In this document: in pieces, positions 17,511 to 25,173 of the stretch
How the letters are laid out: each line of letters opens with the position of its first letter
Numbering within the stretch: position 1 is the first letter of the stretch
Source: a virus
Taxonomy: Duplodnaviria; Caudoviricetes
Direction: 5' to 3' (one strand)
IMG/VR virus record: IMGVR_UViG_3300043414_000885
Coordinates: 1-30,043 of that record
Length of the DNA: 30,043 nucleotides
Program-made: the position numbers and the translations under genes
The notes under the pieces: generated by a model
What the model was told of the DNA's origin: nothing
What the model saw: the letters and a program-made list of their open reading frames with translations, nothing else
Databases searched by the model: none

Positions 17511-18704
17511 ATGCCAGCAGGCCTCAACATCGACAAGGCTTACTCGGAGGCCGACAACGCCTACCAGGTCCGGTCCGTCCAGAAGAAGTTCCGTGACTCG
17601 TTCACCGCCGCGTCGCTCGACGCCACGAAGTGGAAATCGCAGATCGGGTCGGGTGCGGCGATCAGCCAGTCGGCTGGGACGCTCATCATGACGTCCGGGA
17701 TCGTCGCGAACGCTGAGACCTTCGTGCTGTCCGAGGAGACGTTCACGGTGCCGTGCCGGATCGCGATCGGCCTGACGTTGTCGCAGCGGATCGCCAACCA
17801 GGCGTTCTACGTCGAGCTGGTCTCGATCGACACCACCACCGGCCAGCCGGACGGCAAGCATTCCGCCGCGATCCGGTTCGATGGCACCGTTGCCACCACC
17901 GCAATCTACGAGGTCCAGAACGGTGGCCTGGCCCGTCTCGCATCGGGCGCTGTCGCGTTCCCGACATCGGCCGCCGGCTCGATGTATGAGCTGGAAGCAT
18001 TCGCCGACGAATGCTGGTTCCACGGCCAGGCATTGGATGCCGTGAACGCGCGTGTGAACTCGTGGCGTCGCCATCAGCAGATCCCTGACCCGAACGCGGT
18101 CTACAAGATCCGTCTCCGCTGGCTCAACGGGGCATCGGCCCCGGCCTCGACAACCACGATGACCGCCCAGTACCTGATGGTGCAGGACTACATGGAGCTC
18201 ACCGCCGAGATCACCGCCGGCCGTGGCCAGACCGTGGCGGGCCAGTCAATCGGGGTTTCGTTCGTGAACGCCATCCCAGCCGGGGCCAATGCGATCGGCT
18301 CGATCCTTGCGTTGCCGGCTGGCACCAACCTCATCGGTGATGTCGGAGTGCAGTACCGGGCGAACGCCACCGGGGCAGCCAGCGGCGCGCATGTCGTCGC
18401 AGCTGCCACCACGAACCCGACGATCGTGAAGGCTGCCGCAGGACGGGTGCTCGGCTGGGTGCTGGCGAACACCACCGCCAGCTGGGTGTACGTCAAGCTC
18501 CACAACTCCGCCACAGCACCCACAGCAGGCGCCGGAGTGGTCCGCACGATCCCGATCCCCCCGAACGGCCTGGCACAGCTTGCCATCGAGGGCGGTATCG
18601 CGTTCTCGACCGGGATCGGGCTCACGACAGTCACCGGGTCAGCAGACGCTGACGCCACCGCAGTGACCGCCGGAGCGATCGTCGGCGAAGTCTTCTTCGC
18701 CTGA
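17511..18704 (+). CDS. Putative virion appendage / fibre-like protein
   Basis: GGAGAG SD; 397 aa, Ala/Thr/Gly-rich beta character; two PAG.N.IG repeats; last late-strand gene before the terminator. Function is inferred. Confidence 0.55.
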   Translation: MPAGLNIDKAYSEADNAYQVRSVQKKFRDSFTAASLDATKWKSQIGSGAAISQSAGTLIMTSGIVANAETFVLSEETFTVPCRIAIGLTLSQRIANQAFYVELVSIDTTTGQPDGKHSAAIRFDGTVATTAIYEVQNGGLARLASGAVAFPTSAAGSMYELEAFADECWFHGQALDAVNARVNSWRRHQQIPDPNAVYKIRLRWLNGASAPASTTTMTAQYLMVQDYMELTAEITAGRGQTVAGQSIGVSFVNAIPAGANAIGSILALPAGTNLIGDVGVQYRANATGAASGAHVVAAATTNPTIVKAAAGRVLGWVLANTTASWVYVKLHNSATAPTAGAGVVRTIPIPPNGLAQLAIEGGIAFSTGIGLTTVTGSADADATAVTAGAIVGEVFFA

Positions 18705-18762
18705 CCGCCGCCTAAAGCTGTGGCAAATATGCCACGGGATATGACAACCCGGTCCGCCGCCG

Positions 18763-18806
18763 AGCAGGCCCCGCCCCGTCACACGGGCGGGGCCTGCTGC
18801 CGTTTT
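18763..18806 (+). terminator. Late-operon intrinsic terminator
   Basis: Perfect 14-bp inverted repeat AGCAGGCCCCGCCC (18763-18776) / GGGCGGGGCCTGCT (18785-18798), followed by GCCGTTTT. Confidence 0.7.
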
Positions 18807-18849
18807 CACCCCACGACAGCAGTGACCTCCACTGGTGCAGAGCCTCATG

Positions 18850-18884
18850 GCCGTCCACCGGCCATCCACCGGCCATCCACACTT
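18850..18884. repeat. attP left-arm integrase-binding repeats (GCC[AG]TCCAC x3)
   Basis: GCCGTCCAC 18850, GCCATCCAC 18861 and GCCATCCAC 18872, with an 11-bp period. Confidence 0.75.
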
Positions 18885-18977
18885 GCCACCACGGGTGATG
18901 CAAAATCGGGTAGCGTGCTGACCGGGTCATCCCAGGTCAGAGCGTTATAGGGCGTTTCGGGGCAGTGTTCGAACAGG

Positions 18978-19022
18978 TTCACACCGTAGAGGTCATGGGT
19001 TCGAGCCCCGTATCGCCCACCA
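18978..19022 (+). mobile_element. attP: attP core = 3' half of tRNA-Val(CAC)
   Basis: TTCACAC anticodon loop, CGTAG, AGGTC variable loop, ATGGG-TTCGAGC-CCCGT T arm, ATCGCCC-A-CCA acceptor strand; no 5' half upstream; adjacent to a tyrosine integrase. Confidence 0.88.
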
Positions 19023-19032
19023 CAAAGCACCT

Positions 19033-19073
19033 GATCAGAGGCCCTGTCCGACTCTCGGACAGGGCCTCTGATC
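19033..19073 (+). terminator. Perfect 19-bp hairpin downstream of the att core (replacement tRNA terminator)
   Basis: GATCAGAGGCCCTGTCCGA-CTC-TCGGACAGGGCCTCTGATC. Confidence 0.75.
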
Positions 19074-19087
19074 GTTCCAAGGGGCAC

Positions 19088-19149
19088 GCCATCCACACTT
19101 CCATCCACACTCACTGCGCAACACCCCCCTGTGATGATCCACCATCCAC
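19088..19149. repeat. attP right-arm repeats (CCATCCAC x3)
   Basis: CCATCCAC at 19089, 19101 and 19142; GCCATCCACACTT at 19088-19100 is identical to 18872-18884. Confidence 0.75.
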
Positions 19150-19173
19150 CAAAACGCACCACCTGGAGGGCAC

Positions 19174-20304
19174 ATGGCCGGATCGATTCGACATCTCAAA
19201 TCAGGCGGCTGGCAGCTGCGTGTTGCTGCCGGGTTCGATGACAACGGCCGACGCCGCACCATCGTGGAGACCATCCACGGGTCCCGCCGCACCGCTGAAC
19301 TCCGCCTCGCCGAACTCGTCAACTCAGTCGCGCATGGGGCACGCCCATCAGCGACCCCGCTCGGCCGTGCGCTCGACGCCTACCTGACGAGTGGCCGTCT
19401 CGCCCGCCAAACAGTCGACAAGGCCACCGCAGTGCTGCGCCACCTCCCCAGCTCGTGGCGGGCCCGGCCGGTAGCGAAGATCCGCCCGCAGGATGTCGAG
19501 GCGTTTTATGCGGGTCTCGTTGCCGCCGGCGTTGGAGTGGTCACGATCCGGAACATGCACGATGTGCTCCGAGCATCATGCTCGGCGTTGGAACGGTTCG
19601 GCGAGATCGACCGGAACCCGTTCCGGCTCGCCCGCCCGCCGGCCCAGCCCCGGTCCCGGGCCACAGCCCCGACACCCGATCAGGTCCAGGAGCTGATCGC
19701 AGCAGCAGCAGCGAACCCGATGCACGCCCTCTGGCTGCGCCTCCACATGTGCACAGGGGCACGACGTGGTGAGGTCCTCGCTATCCGATGGTCATCGATT
19801 GTGGCTGGCCGGGTGCTGATCTCGGCATCGATCGAACGTGACCGGCAGGTCAAGGGGACCAAGACCGGCCGCGACCGGTGGGTCACGATCGACGACGTGA
19901 CACTTCGGATGATCAGCCGGTGGCAGCGCTCGCAACGCGAACGGGCGTTGCAGTGTGGCGTGACGATCGCTTCTGACCCGTGGCTCATCTCGAGCGCAGC
20001 GGATTCCGGGATGCCATGGCGGCCAGATGTCGCCACCCAGCTGTTCGCCCGCCTGTGCACCCGGGCCGGGCTGGTCACGACCCGCAAGGGCGCCACCGGC
20101 CGTCTGGTGCACAGCCCCGTCATCCGACTGCACGATCTCCGTCACGGTGCAGCGAGCGAGCTGCTCGCCGCCGGCCTCGATGTGGTCACCGTCGCGAAAC
20201 GGCTCGGGCACGCGAACCCGCGCACCACCCTCGCGATCTACGGCCATGTCATCGAGGGCCAGGACGCCAAAGCAGCACAAATCCTGGCCGACCGGCTCGC
20301 CTGA
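19174..20304 (+). CDS. int: Tyrosine integrase
   Basis: GGAGG SD; N-terminal arm-binding domain GSIR...WQLRV; catalytic TGARRGE, K, HDLRH, LGHA and Y (TLAIYGH). Confidence 0.97.
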   Translation: MAGSIRHLKSGGWQLRVAAGFDDNGRRRTIVETIHGSRRTAELRLAELVNSVAHGARPSATPLGRALDAYLTSGRLARQTVDKATAVLRHLPSSWRARPVAKIRPQDVEAFYAGLVAAGVGVVTIRNMHDVLRASCSALERFGEIDRNPFRLARPPAQPRSRATAPTPDQVQELIAAAAANPMHALWLRLHMCTGARRGEVLAIRWSSIVAGRVLISASIERDRQVKGTKTGRDRWVTIDDVTLRMISRWQRSQRERALQCGVTIASDPWLISSAADSGMPWRPDVATQLFARLCTRAGLVTTRKGATGRLVHSPVIRLHDLRHGAASELLAAGLDVVTVAKRLGHANPRTTLAIYGHVIEGQDAKAAQILADRLA

Positions 20305-20386
20305 CAGATCGCCGCCGGCCGGGACGGTTGTCGTTGATGCACAAGTTGATGTGGCCGACCGGTTGCGGGAAGCGTAGGATGCGACC

Positions 20387-20602
20387 ATGAGCGGTCCCTG
20401 GGTGGTCACCGAGAATCCGGCGAGCAGCGAGATCAGCCATGCCGTCGCAGCGAACGCCGACGTGGACAAGATGGCTGCCGCAGGCGTGTTCGCTGATGCT
20501 GACGCATTCTTCGACGCGTTCGAGATGGGTGCGGACGTGCTCAACGATCACGCCCAGCCGGCCGAATGGGTAGAGCAATTCAAGCTACGTCGCCCGGCCT
20601 GA
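20387..20602 (+). CDS. Small acidic protein, possible antitoxin
   Basis: 71 aa with high GC3; TAGGAT (-10-like) lies 6 nt before the ATG, suggesting a leaderless transcript. Confidence 0.5.
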   Translation: MSGPWVVTENPASSEISHAVAANADVDKMAAAGVFADADAFFDAFEMGADVLNDHAQPAEWVEQFKLRRPA

Positions 20603-20617
20603 TCGGAACTCGCCGAC

Positions 20618-20899
20618 ATGCTTCGCCGCTCTGTCGGCCCGACCGCAACGGTTCTCGACTGGCTTGAACGTCATCCGGACGGCAAGAAGTGGGATGCCCT
20701 GCTTGCCTGGGTGTCTGCGGTATCGATCGACGCAGACATGGTGACCACATCGGTCTACGTCAACCCGCGCAACGGGCGCACGATCCGGGCAGCCGACATC
20801 CCGACAGCCCGAACCCGTGCAGTGTTCATGGTGTTCAACAGCCCGGTGCTGACGGTCCACATCCTCCGGCTTGACGACGACCTATACGCCGGCCTGTAA
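20618..20899 (+). CDS. Small protein with possible RelE/ParE-like fold
   Basis: 93 aa; two N-terminal helices then R.VF.V....V.IL strand pattern reminiscent of RelE/ParE. Family assignment is tentative. Confidence 0.45.
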   Translation: MLRRSVGPTATVLDWLERHPDGKKWDALLAWVSAVSIDADMVTTSVYVNPRNGRTIRAADIPTARTRAVFMVFNSPVLTVHILRLDDDLYAGL

Positions 20900-20934
20900 C
20901 ACCAGCACGCCCGGTGAGGCGACGGACCCGGGTG

Positions 20935-21198
20935 TCAGATCCGGGCGTGGCAGCTCCCGCATTCCAGCCACCGGTCGACACCGGTGACGCGCTTGGAGCG
21001 TGGCCAAACCAGCCACAGCACGAACCCCACCCCAAGGCTGAGGAGGCTGATCAGCACCCAGAACACCCCGAACTTCACCCGGGTCTTTGTGATGTGCTCG
21101 GTCTGCTGAGACCGCAGCGTGCCGACCTGACCGCAGACCGGGCAGGGCTGCGGGGTGGGTGCGGGGGTGGGCGCTGGGGTTGGTGGGGTCATGCTCAT
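20935..21198 (-). CDS. Zn-ribbon membrane protein
   Basis: CPVCG and CGSC flank a hydrophobic hairpin (FGVFWVLISLLSLGVGFVLWLVWP); coupled to the upstream immA-like gene. Confidence 0.75.
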   Translation of the reverse strand: MSMTPPTPAPTPAPTPQPCPVCGQVGTLRSQQTEHITKTRVKFGVFWVLISLLSLGVGFVLWLVWPRSKRVTGVDRWLECGSCHARI

Positions 21199-21680
21199 GG
21201 TGTGCGTCTTTCTGGTCGGGTGCGGGCACCGTAGCCGCTCTGAAAGGGGGCCGATGACGGGTGCATCAGGCGGGCGTGGGATCGAAGCGCAGCGAGAGCG
21301 ATCGACGCCGGAACATCAAACTCGTTCGCGACGTCAGCGCATTCGACCGACCTGTGTCCCTCGGCGCATCGAGCGAGCAGAACCCCGAGCGCATCAGGGG
21401 GGACCAGGCGGCGGATCACCTCGGCCTGGACGGATCGTTCCTCGGTCTGCACCAGCCCGGCCGGGGTGTTGGCATCGAACAACAGGCCGCGTTCGTCATG
21501 AACCAGCTCGTGGGCGAGCGCAGCGCGCCGCGCCCGCCGATCGAGCCGGGCTTCGAGTGTGATCCGCCGCCAACCTCCGCCGAGGTCCTCGATCAACGCT
21601 TCGGCGCCGCCGGCCAGCAGCGCGTACGCCAGCTCGATGTGACTGCGTGCTTCCAGGTCGTGCCACACATCCCAGGTCAT
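21195..21680 (-). CDS. ImmA/IrrE-family metallopeptidase (antirepressor protease)
   Basis: R..R.ALAHELVH.ERG HExxH motif, EE..V...RRLVP, C-terminal VANEFDV HTH-like segment; start MTWDVW at 21680. Confidence 0.88.
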   Translation of the reverse strand: MTWDVWHDLEARSHIELAYALLAGGAEALIEDLGGGWRRITLEARLDRRARRAALAHELVHDERGLLFDANTPAGLVQTEERSVQAEVIRRLVPPDALGVLLARCAEGHRSVECADVANEFDVPASIALAALRSHARLMHPSSAPFQSGYGARTRPERRTP

Positions 21681-21711
21681 CTCCGCACCATAGGAAGGGG
21701 GTGCGCGATAG

Positions 21712-22113
21712 TTAGGTGTGGTGGTCGTCAGGATCGGCCGGGTCGGGCTGCGGTCCTGACACCGGGACAACGATCGCAGTCAGGTGCGACCCAGCCGGAC
21801 CCTGCGCGGCCCGCAACACCGGCCGTGCTGTCCGTTCAAGCTCTGCCATTCGAGCCTCAAGCGCAGAGAGTCGAGTTCTCAGCTCGATGACGTCAGCGTG
21901 CCATGCGACCTCAGCGAAAGCACGAAGGGTGACTCCGAGCGCCGTTTCGATCGCAGGCCACAGCTTCGGATGTGGCGAGTCGTCGCCGGCCAGCCAGCGG
22001 TAAACGGTCCCAGGGTGCACCCCGATCATCGCCGCCAGGTCTCTGACGGACACTTCGCGATGATCGACAGCAGCCCTCACTGCCTCGTTGACGTGGGGAT
22101 ATTTGGCAGGCAT
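21712..22113 (-). CDS. XRE-family immunity repressor (ImmR/CI-like)
   Basis: SVRDLAAMIGVHPGTVYRWLAG..P HTH with a C-terminal coiled coil; divergent from the cro-like gene and upstream of the immA-like gene. Confidence 0.88.
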   Translation of the reverse strand: MPAKYPHVNEAVRAAVDHREVSVRDLAAMIGVHPGTVYRWLAGDDSPHPKLWPAIETALGVTLRAFAEVAWHADVIELRTRLSALEARMAELERTARPVLRAAQGPAGSHLTAIVVPVSGPQPDPADPDDHHT

Positions 22114-22202
22114 GGCGCAATATTCACACATCATCTGTACTTATGCCGTAAGTCTTGCTTACATCTTGCACATTCCCGCTGATTTGCGCGATACTGCGAC
22201 AC
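22114..22202. promoter_or_regulatory. Divergent lysis/lysogeny switch region
   Basis: AT-rich; rightward TTGCAC(22166)-18 nt-GATACT(22190)-7 nt-ATG; overlapping palindromes ACTTA-N5-TAAGT (22139-22153) and GTAAG-N5-CTTAC (22148-22162). Confidence 0.65.
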
Positions 22203-22496
22203 ATGAACAGAGCCGAAGGTCACCAATTGGGGCTCGATCAGTACCGACGTCTGGCGAGCAAGTGGGCGATCGATTGCGGGGCACGGGTCCAGGAGACTCG
22301 TTGCGTTCGTGGTCTGTCACGCCAAGAGCTGGCCAGCACCGTGGGCACGACCGAGGCCACCATTCACCGTGTCGAGTCCGGGAGCATCAACCCTCGCGAC
22401 TTTCTGAAATTCGCGATCGCTGCGGCGTTGCAGGTCTCAGCTGCAGAGCTGTGGCCGTTGCCGGCGCAGCCTGCCGAGATGGCTGGTGCAGCATGA
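22203..22496 (+). CDS. Cro-like XRE HTH regulator
   Basis: RGLSRQELASTVGTTEATIHRVESG...P....IAAALQV...LWP. Confidence 0.85.
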   Translation: MNRAEGHQLGLDQYRRLASKWAIDCGARVQETRCVRGLSRQELASTVGTTEATIHRVESGSINPRDFLKFAIAAALQVSAAELWPLPAQPAEMAGAA

Positions 22497-22690
22497 GTGC
22501 TGACAAGCTGGTCCTGACAGCTGCCGAGGCTGCTGCGGTGCTCGGCGTGTCCCGCTCGACGGTGCAGCGGCTCACTGCTGCTGGCTGGTTGCGGACATTG
22601 CCCGGGTTCACGGAGCGCCGCTACGGGCGGGCCGAACTGCAACGGTACGCCGCCGGCACCGAGGCCCCGATCAGGTCGGTGGCGTCATGA
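22493..22690 (+). CDS. xis: Excisionase-like HTH protein
   Basis: ATG 22493; LTAAEAAAVLGVSRSTVQRL...G.L......RRY (HTH_17 pattern); follows cro. Confidence 0.8.
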   Translation: MSADKLVLTAAEAAAVLGVSRSTVQRLTAAGWLRTLPGFTERRYGRAELQRYAAGTEAPIRSVAS

Positions 22691-22920
22691 GGATGGCGGT
22701 GTCGAGCGTCGGGCAGGAATGCCAGCCCGTAGCGCGTCGCGATTCGCACGAAGTCTCGGGCCGGATGCACATCCGGTTGGGCGATGTGTCGCTGTTCCTC
22801 ACCCGGGACGAGCTGCGACTCTTGACGATCTCGCTGCTCGACATCATGCGGGGCGTCGATCCTGAGGTCCCCAGCGTGTCAGCAGCCGAGCAGGCCGCAC
22901 CGCACGAGGTGCTGTCATGA
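22687..22920 (+). CDS. Hypothetical protein
   Basis: ATGA overlaps at both ends within the early operon. Confidence 0.7.
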   Translation: MRMAVSSVGQECQPVARRDSHEVSGRMHIRLGDVSLFLTRDELRLLTISLLDIMRGVDPEVPSVSAAEQAAPHEVLS

Positions 22921-23099
22921 CGCTCACCCGATGGATCGCCCGGCTCGCCGGATCGGTCGCCGGTGGTTGGCTGATCACCGCATGGCTCTGGCAGGGCCTG
23001 GACGCCTCCGCCCGAGAAGCTGGGATCACCCTGGTCGTGGTCTCCGGGGTGCTGCTCGCAGCGTGGCTGTTCCTCGACCACCTCGAGGTCCCGTCATGA
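22917..23099 (+). CDS. Small two-TM membrane protein
   Basis: Two hydrophobic segments; ATGA overlaps. Confidence 0.7.
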   Translation: MTLTRWIARLAGSVAGGWLITAWLWQGLDASAREAGITLVVVSGVLLAAWLFLDHLEVPS

Positions 23100-23533
23100 T
23101 GCGCCTCGCAGTCGTGATGATGTCGCTGCTCCCAGCTGTCGCCCAGTGCGACCCGCCGCCCCCACCGCCGGCAGCGGACGCTGATGCCCCCACCGGCTCG
23201 AAATGCGGTCAATGGTTCGATGAGGCCCTCACTGCCGGATGGTCACCGGAGCAATGGCCGATCCTGGATGCGATCATGTGGCGCGAATCGCGCTGCGACC
23301 CGACCGTCTACAACGGTCGCGGCCGCGACCGTTCCTACGGGCTGCTGCAGCTGAACATGAAGGCACACCGAGCCTGGGTGAGCCCGCTCGTCGACGCCGA
23401 CTTCACCCGGCTCTGGGATCCGGTCACGAACCTGACGGTCGGCCGGGCGTTGTTCACGATGGCCGAAACCCAGATGGGGTGCGGCTGGCAGCCATGGGTG
23501 ACCCGCCGCACCCGGGTCTGGTGCCACCGATGA
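23096..23533 (+). CDS. Exported lytic transglycosylase (SLT/lysozyme-like)
   Basis: Signal-like N terminus then Pro linker; IMWRES (catalytic Glu), SYGLLQLN, LWDPVTN and GWQPW motifs. Confidence 0.85.
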   Translation: MMRLAVVMMSLLPAVAQCDPPPPPPAADADAPTGSKCGQWFDEALTAGWSPEQWPILDAIMWRESRCDPTVYNGRGRDRSYGLLQLNMKAHRAWVSPLVDADFTRLWDPVTNLTVGRALFTMAETQMGCGWQPWVTRRTRVWCHR

Positions 23534-23859
23534 GCAGCCCCGAATCGAGCAAGCTGATCATCGACCCATTGGGCGCCCCATGGATCGTCCAGGGCCGCCC
23601 CGACACCGGTTACATCACCCACCGGGTCATCGTTCTTCCCGGCCAGCACTTCAAGAGGTCGTGGCAAGCCGTCGAAGCTGCCGCGAACACGAACCCCGAC
23701 CTCGTGCACGCTGCCCTCGCAGCGATCATCGAACGGGCACTCGACGCAGCAATCGCCGCCGGCATCTCACCTATCGACACGGAAATGCTCTCTGACGAGG
23801 TCGCTGACGCACTGCGCTGGTTACCCGCAGCAATGGCCGACTGGGTGGAAGCATCATGA
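23530..23859 (+). CDS. Hypothetical protein
   Basis: ATG 23530 overlaps the previous stop (MSSPESSKLIIDP...). Confidence 0.7.
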   Translation: MSSPESSKLIIDPLGAPWIVQGRPDTGYITHRVIVLPGQHFKRSWQAVEAAANTNPDLVHAALAAIIERALDAAIAAGISPIDTEMLSDEVADALRWLPAAMADWVEAS

Positions 23860-24599
23860 GCCCCGCCGAAACGCTCACCTCCGTGATCGTGACCCTCGAC
23901 GAGCAACGCCGAGATCTCCGCTGGCGGATCCGTCGCCTCGAAATCGCGATCGCAGCGATCACCGAGGCCCGCGAACACATCACCCACACCCCAACACCGG
24001 CAGAGATCACGACCGACGATGTCATGTCGGTCATCCCGGGCGTCCGGGCCGGGCTGGTCGAGGCCGGTCACGATCACTCCGAACCGGTCGACACAGAACA
24101 GCCCGACTCACCCCCAGCCGCACCCGACTCGCCGCCAGCCTTCGACCCCGTCGGGCCGCAGCCGAAGCGCCGGTCCCGCACCGGGGCATCCACCCCGGAC
24201 TGGCAAGAGGTCGCCGAGGTGATCGCCGTCCTCAAAGCCGACGGGATTCCGCTGGCGTCCGGTCTCGCTGCCGAGTTCGGAGTCCCCGAATCAACGACGA
24301 AGAACTGGTCCTCGCGAGTCGCCCGGCTCGGCCTCACGCCTGCACCCACACCTCAACCCTCGGAGCCGGTTACCCCAGCGCCGGCCGTTGCCACGGCTTA
24401 CCGACCGGCCACCGCCAGCGCCCGGGGCCGGTCCGTGACCGGGCTGATGTGTCTCAGCTGCGACTGGCATGTCTTGACGACCGACCAGGTCCCCGGCATC
24501 AAGATCGAGCAACACGTCCGCCAGACACACAACCGGCGAGCCACCGCCACCGAACGCACACCCGTCGCGATCCCCACTGACACCCAGGCCACCGAGTGA
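23856..24599 (+). CDS. Coiled-coil / HTH / C2H2-type Zn-finger protein
   Basis: N-terminal coil, LAAEFGVPESTTKNW HTH, CLSC...HVRQTH. Confidence 0.7.
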   Translation: MSPAETLTSVIVTLDEQRRDLRWRIRRLEIAIAAITEAREHITHTPTPAEITTDDVMSVIPGVRAGLVEAGHDHSEPVDTEQPDSPPAAPDSPPAFDPVGPQPKRRSRTGASTPDWQEVAEVIAVLKADGIPLASGLAAEFGVPESTTKNWSSRVARLGLTPAPTPQPSEPVTPAPAVATAYRPATASARGRSVTGLMCLSCDWHVLTTDQVPGIKIEQHVRQTHNRRATATERTPVAIPTDTQATE

Positions 24600-24868
24600 G
24601 CACCATGCACCCCACGAACCTCCGCCGACCGATCATCGAACCCGGATCGAACATGCGGCTCCTCCGCCCAGTCCCAACCCCCGACCGCGTCTACGACCAG
24701 GACACCCAAGGACGCCACGAATACACCCTGGCGCTCACCGACGTCGAATGGGCACTCCTCGTCGCCACATTGCGCCGCCCAGACCAGGCCACCCCGGTCC
24801 ACGACCTCGGGATCACGATCTGTTCACAGCTTGCAGCTGCAGCCCGCACCCGCCGGAACAGCTCATGA
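24596..24868 (+). CDS. Hypothetical protein
   Basis: GTGA/ATGA overlaps with neighbours. Confidence 0.65.
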   Translation: MSTMHPTNLRRPIIEPGSNMRLLRPVPTPDRVYDQDTQGRHEYTLALTDVEWALLVATLRRPDQATPVHDLGITICSQLAAAARTRRNSS

Positions 24869-25173
24869 TCGCGCAGCGGCTTCCCCGAGCCACTGCGCAG
24901 GCCGCGGTTCCCGACGTCCCCACGCCGGTCGAGCCGCGGCCAGACACGCACCACCAACCCCACCACACCACAGCGATTTACGCACTCCCAGCCGGCCATC
25001 ACCGGCGAGCCGACAACCGTGTCCGGCACATCGCCGCCCACGACATGCCCCGCGTCCGCGCCGCGTACGGCCAACTGCGCGCCAACGGTCACGCACCCCT
25101 CACCGCACGAGTCGCAATGACACCCCTGATGATCCGCGTCCAGATCACCCAGACCCAAAGGCCCGCCCAATGA
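24865..25173 (+). CDS. Hypothetical protein
   Basis: ATG 24865 (MIAQRLPR...), ATGA overlaps at both ends. Confidence 0.6.
   Translation: MIAQRLPRATAQAAVPDVPTPVEPRPDTHHQPHHTTAIYALPAGHHRRADNRVRHIAAHDMPRVRAAYGQLRANGHAPLTARVAMTPLMIRVQITQTQRPAQ

Noticed and set aside
1089-18658. Long minus-strand ORFs across the structural region (e.g. 1089-1934, 11877-12818, 15712-16437)
   Set aside because: These are antisense shadows expected in high-GC coding DNA; they fully overlap well-supported plus-strand genes and have no motifs.
13528-18704. Diversity-generating retroelement targeting tail or fibre genes
   Set aside because: No reverse transcriptase motif and no template/variable repeat pair was seen in the window.
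18940-19022. Complete phage-encoded tRNA-Val gene
   Set aside because: Only the anticodon loop onward is tRNA-like. Upstream there is no GGGCGAT acceptor 5' strand or D arm, and ACAGG cannot pair with CGTAG. It is an att core.
20375-20899. Single gene with TGA readthrough, selenocysteine or stop-codon recoding
   Set aside because: The ORFs are in frame, but TGA is the normal stop throughout this genome, no SECIS-like hairpin was evident, and the second ORF has its own ATG. Two genes is the simpler reading.
18978-22113. Integration-dependent immunity (attP inside the repressor gene)
   Set aside because: attP is intergenic and about 2.7 kb from the repressor.
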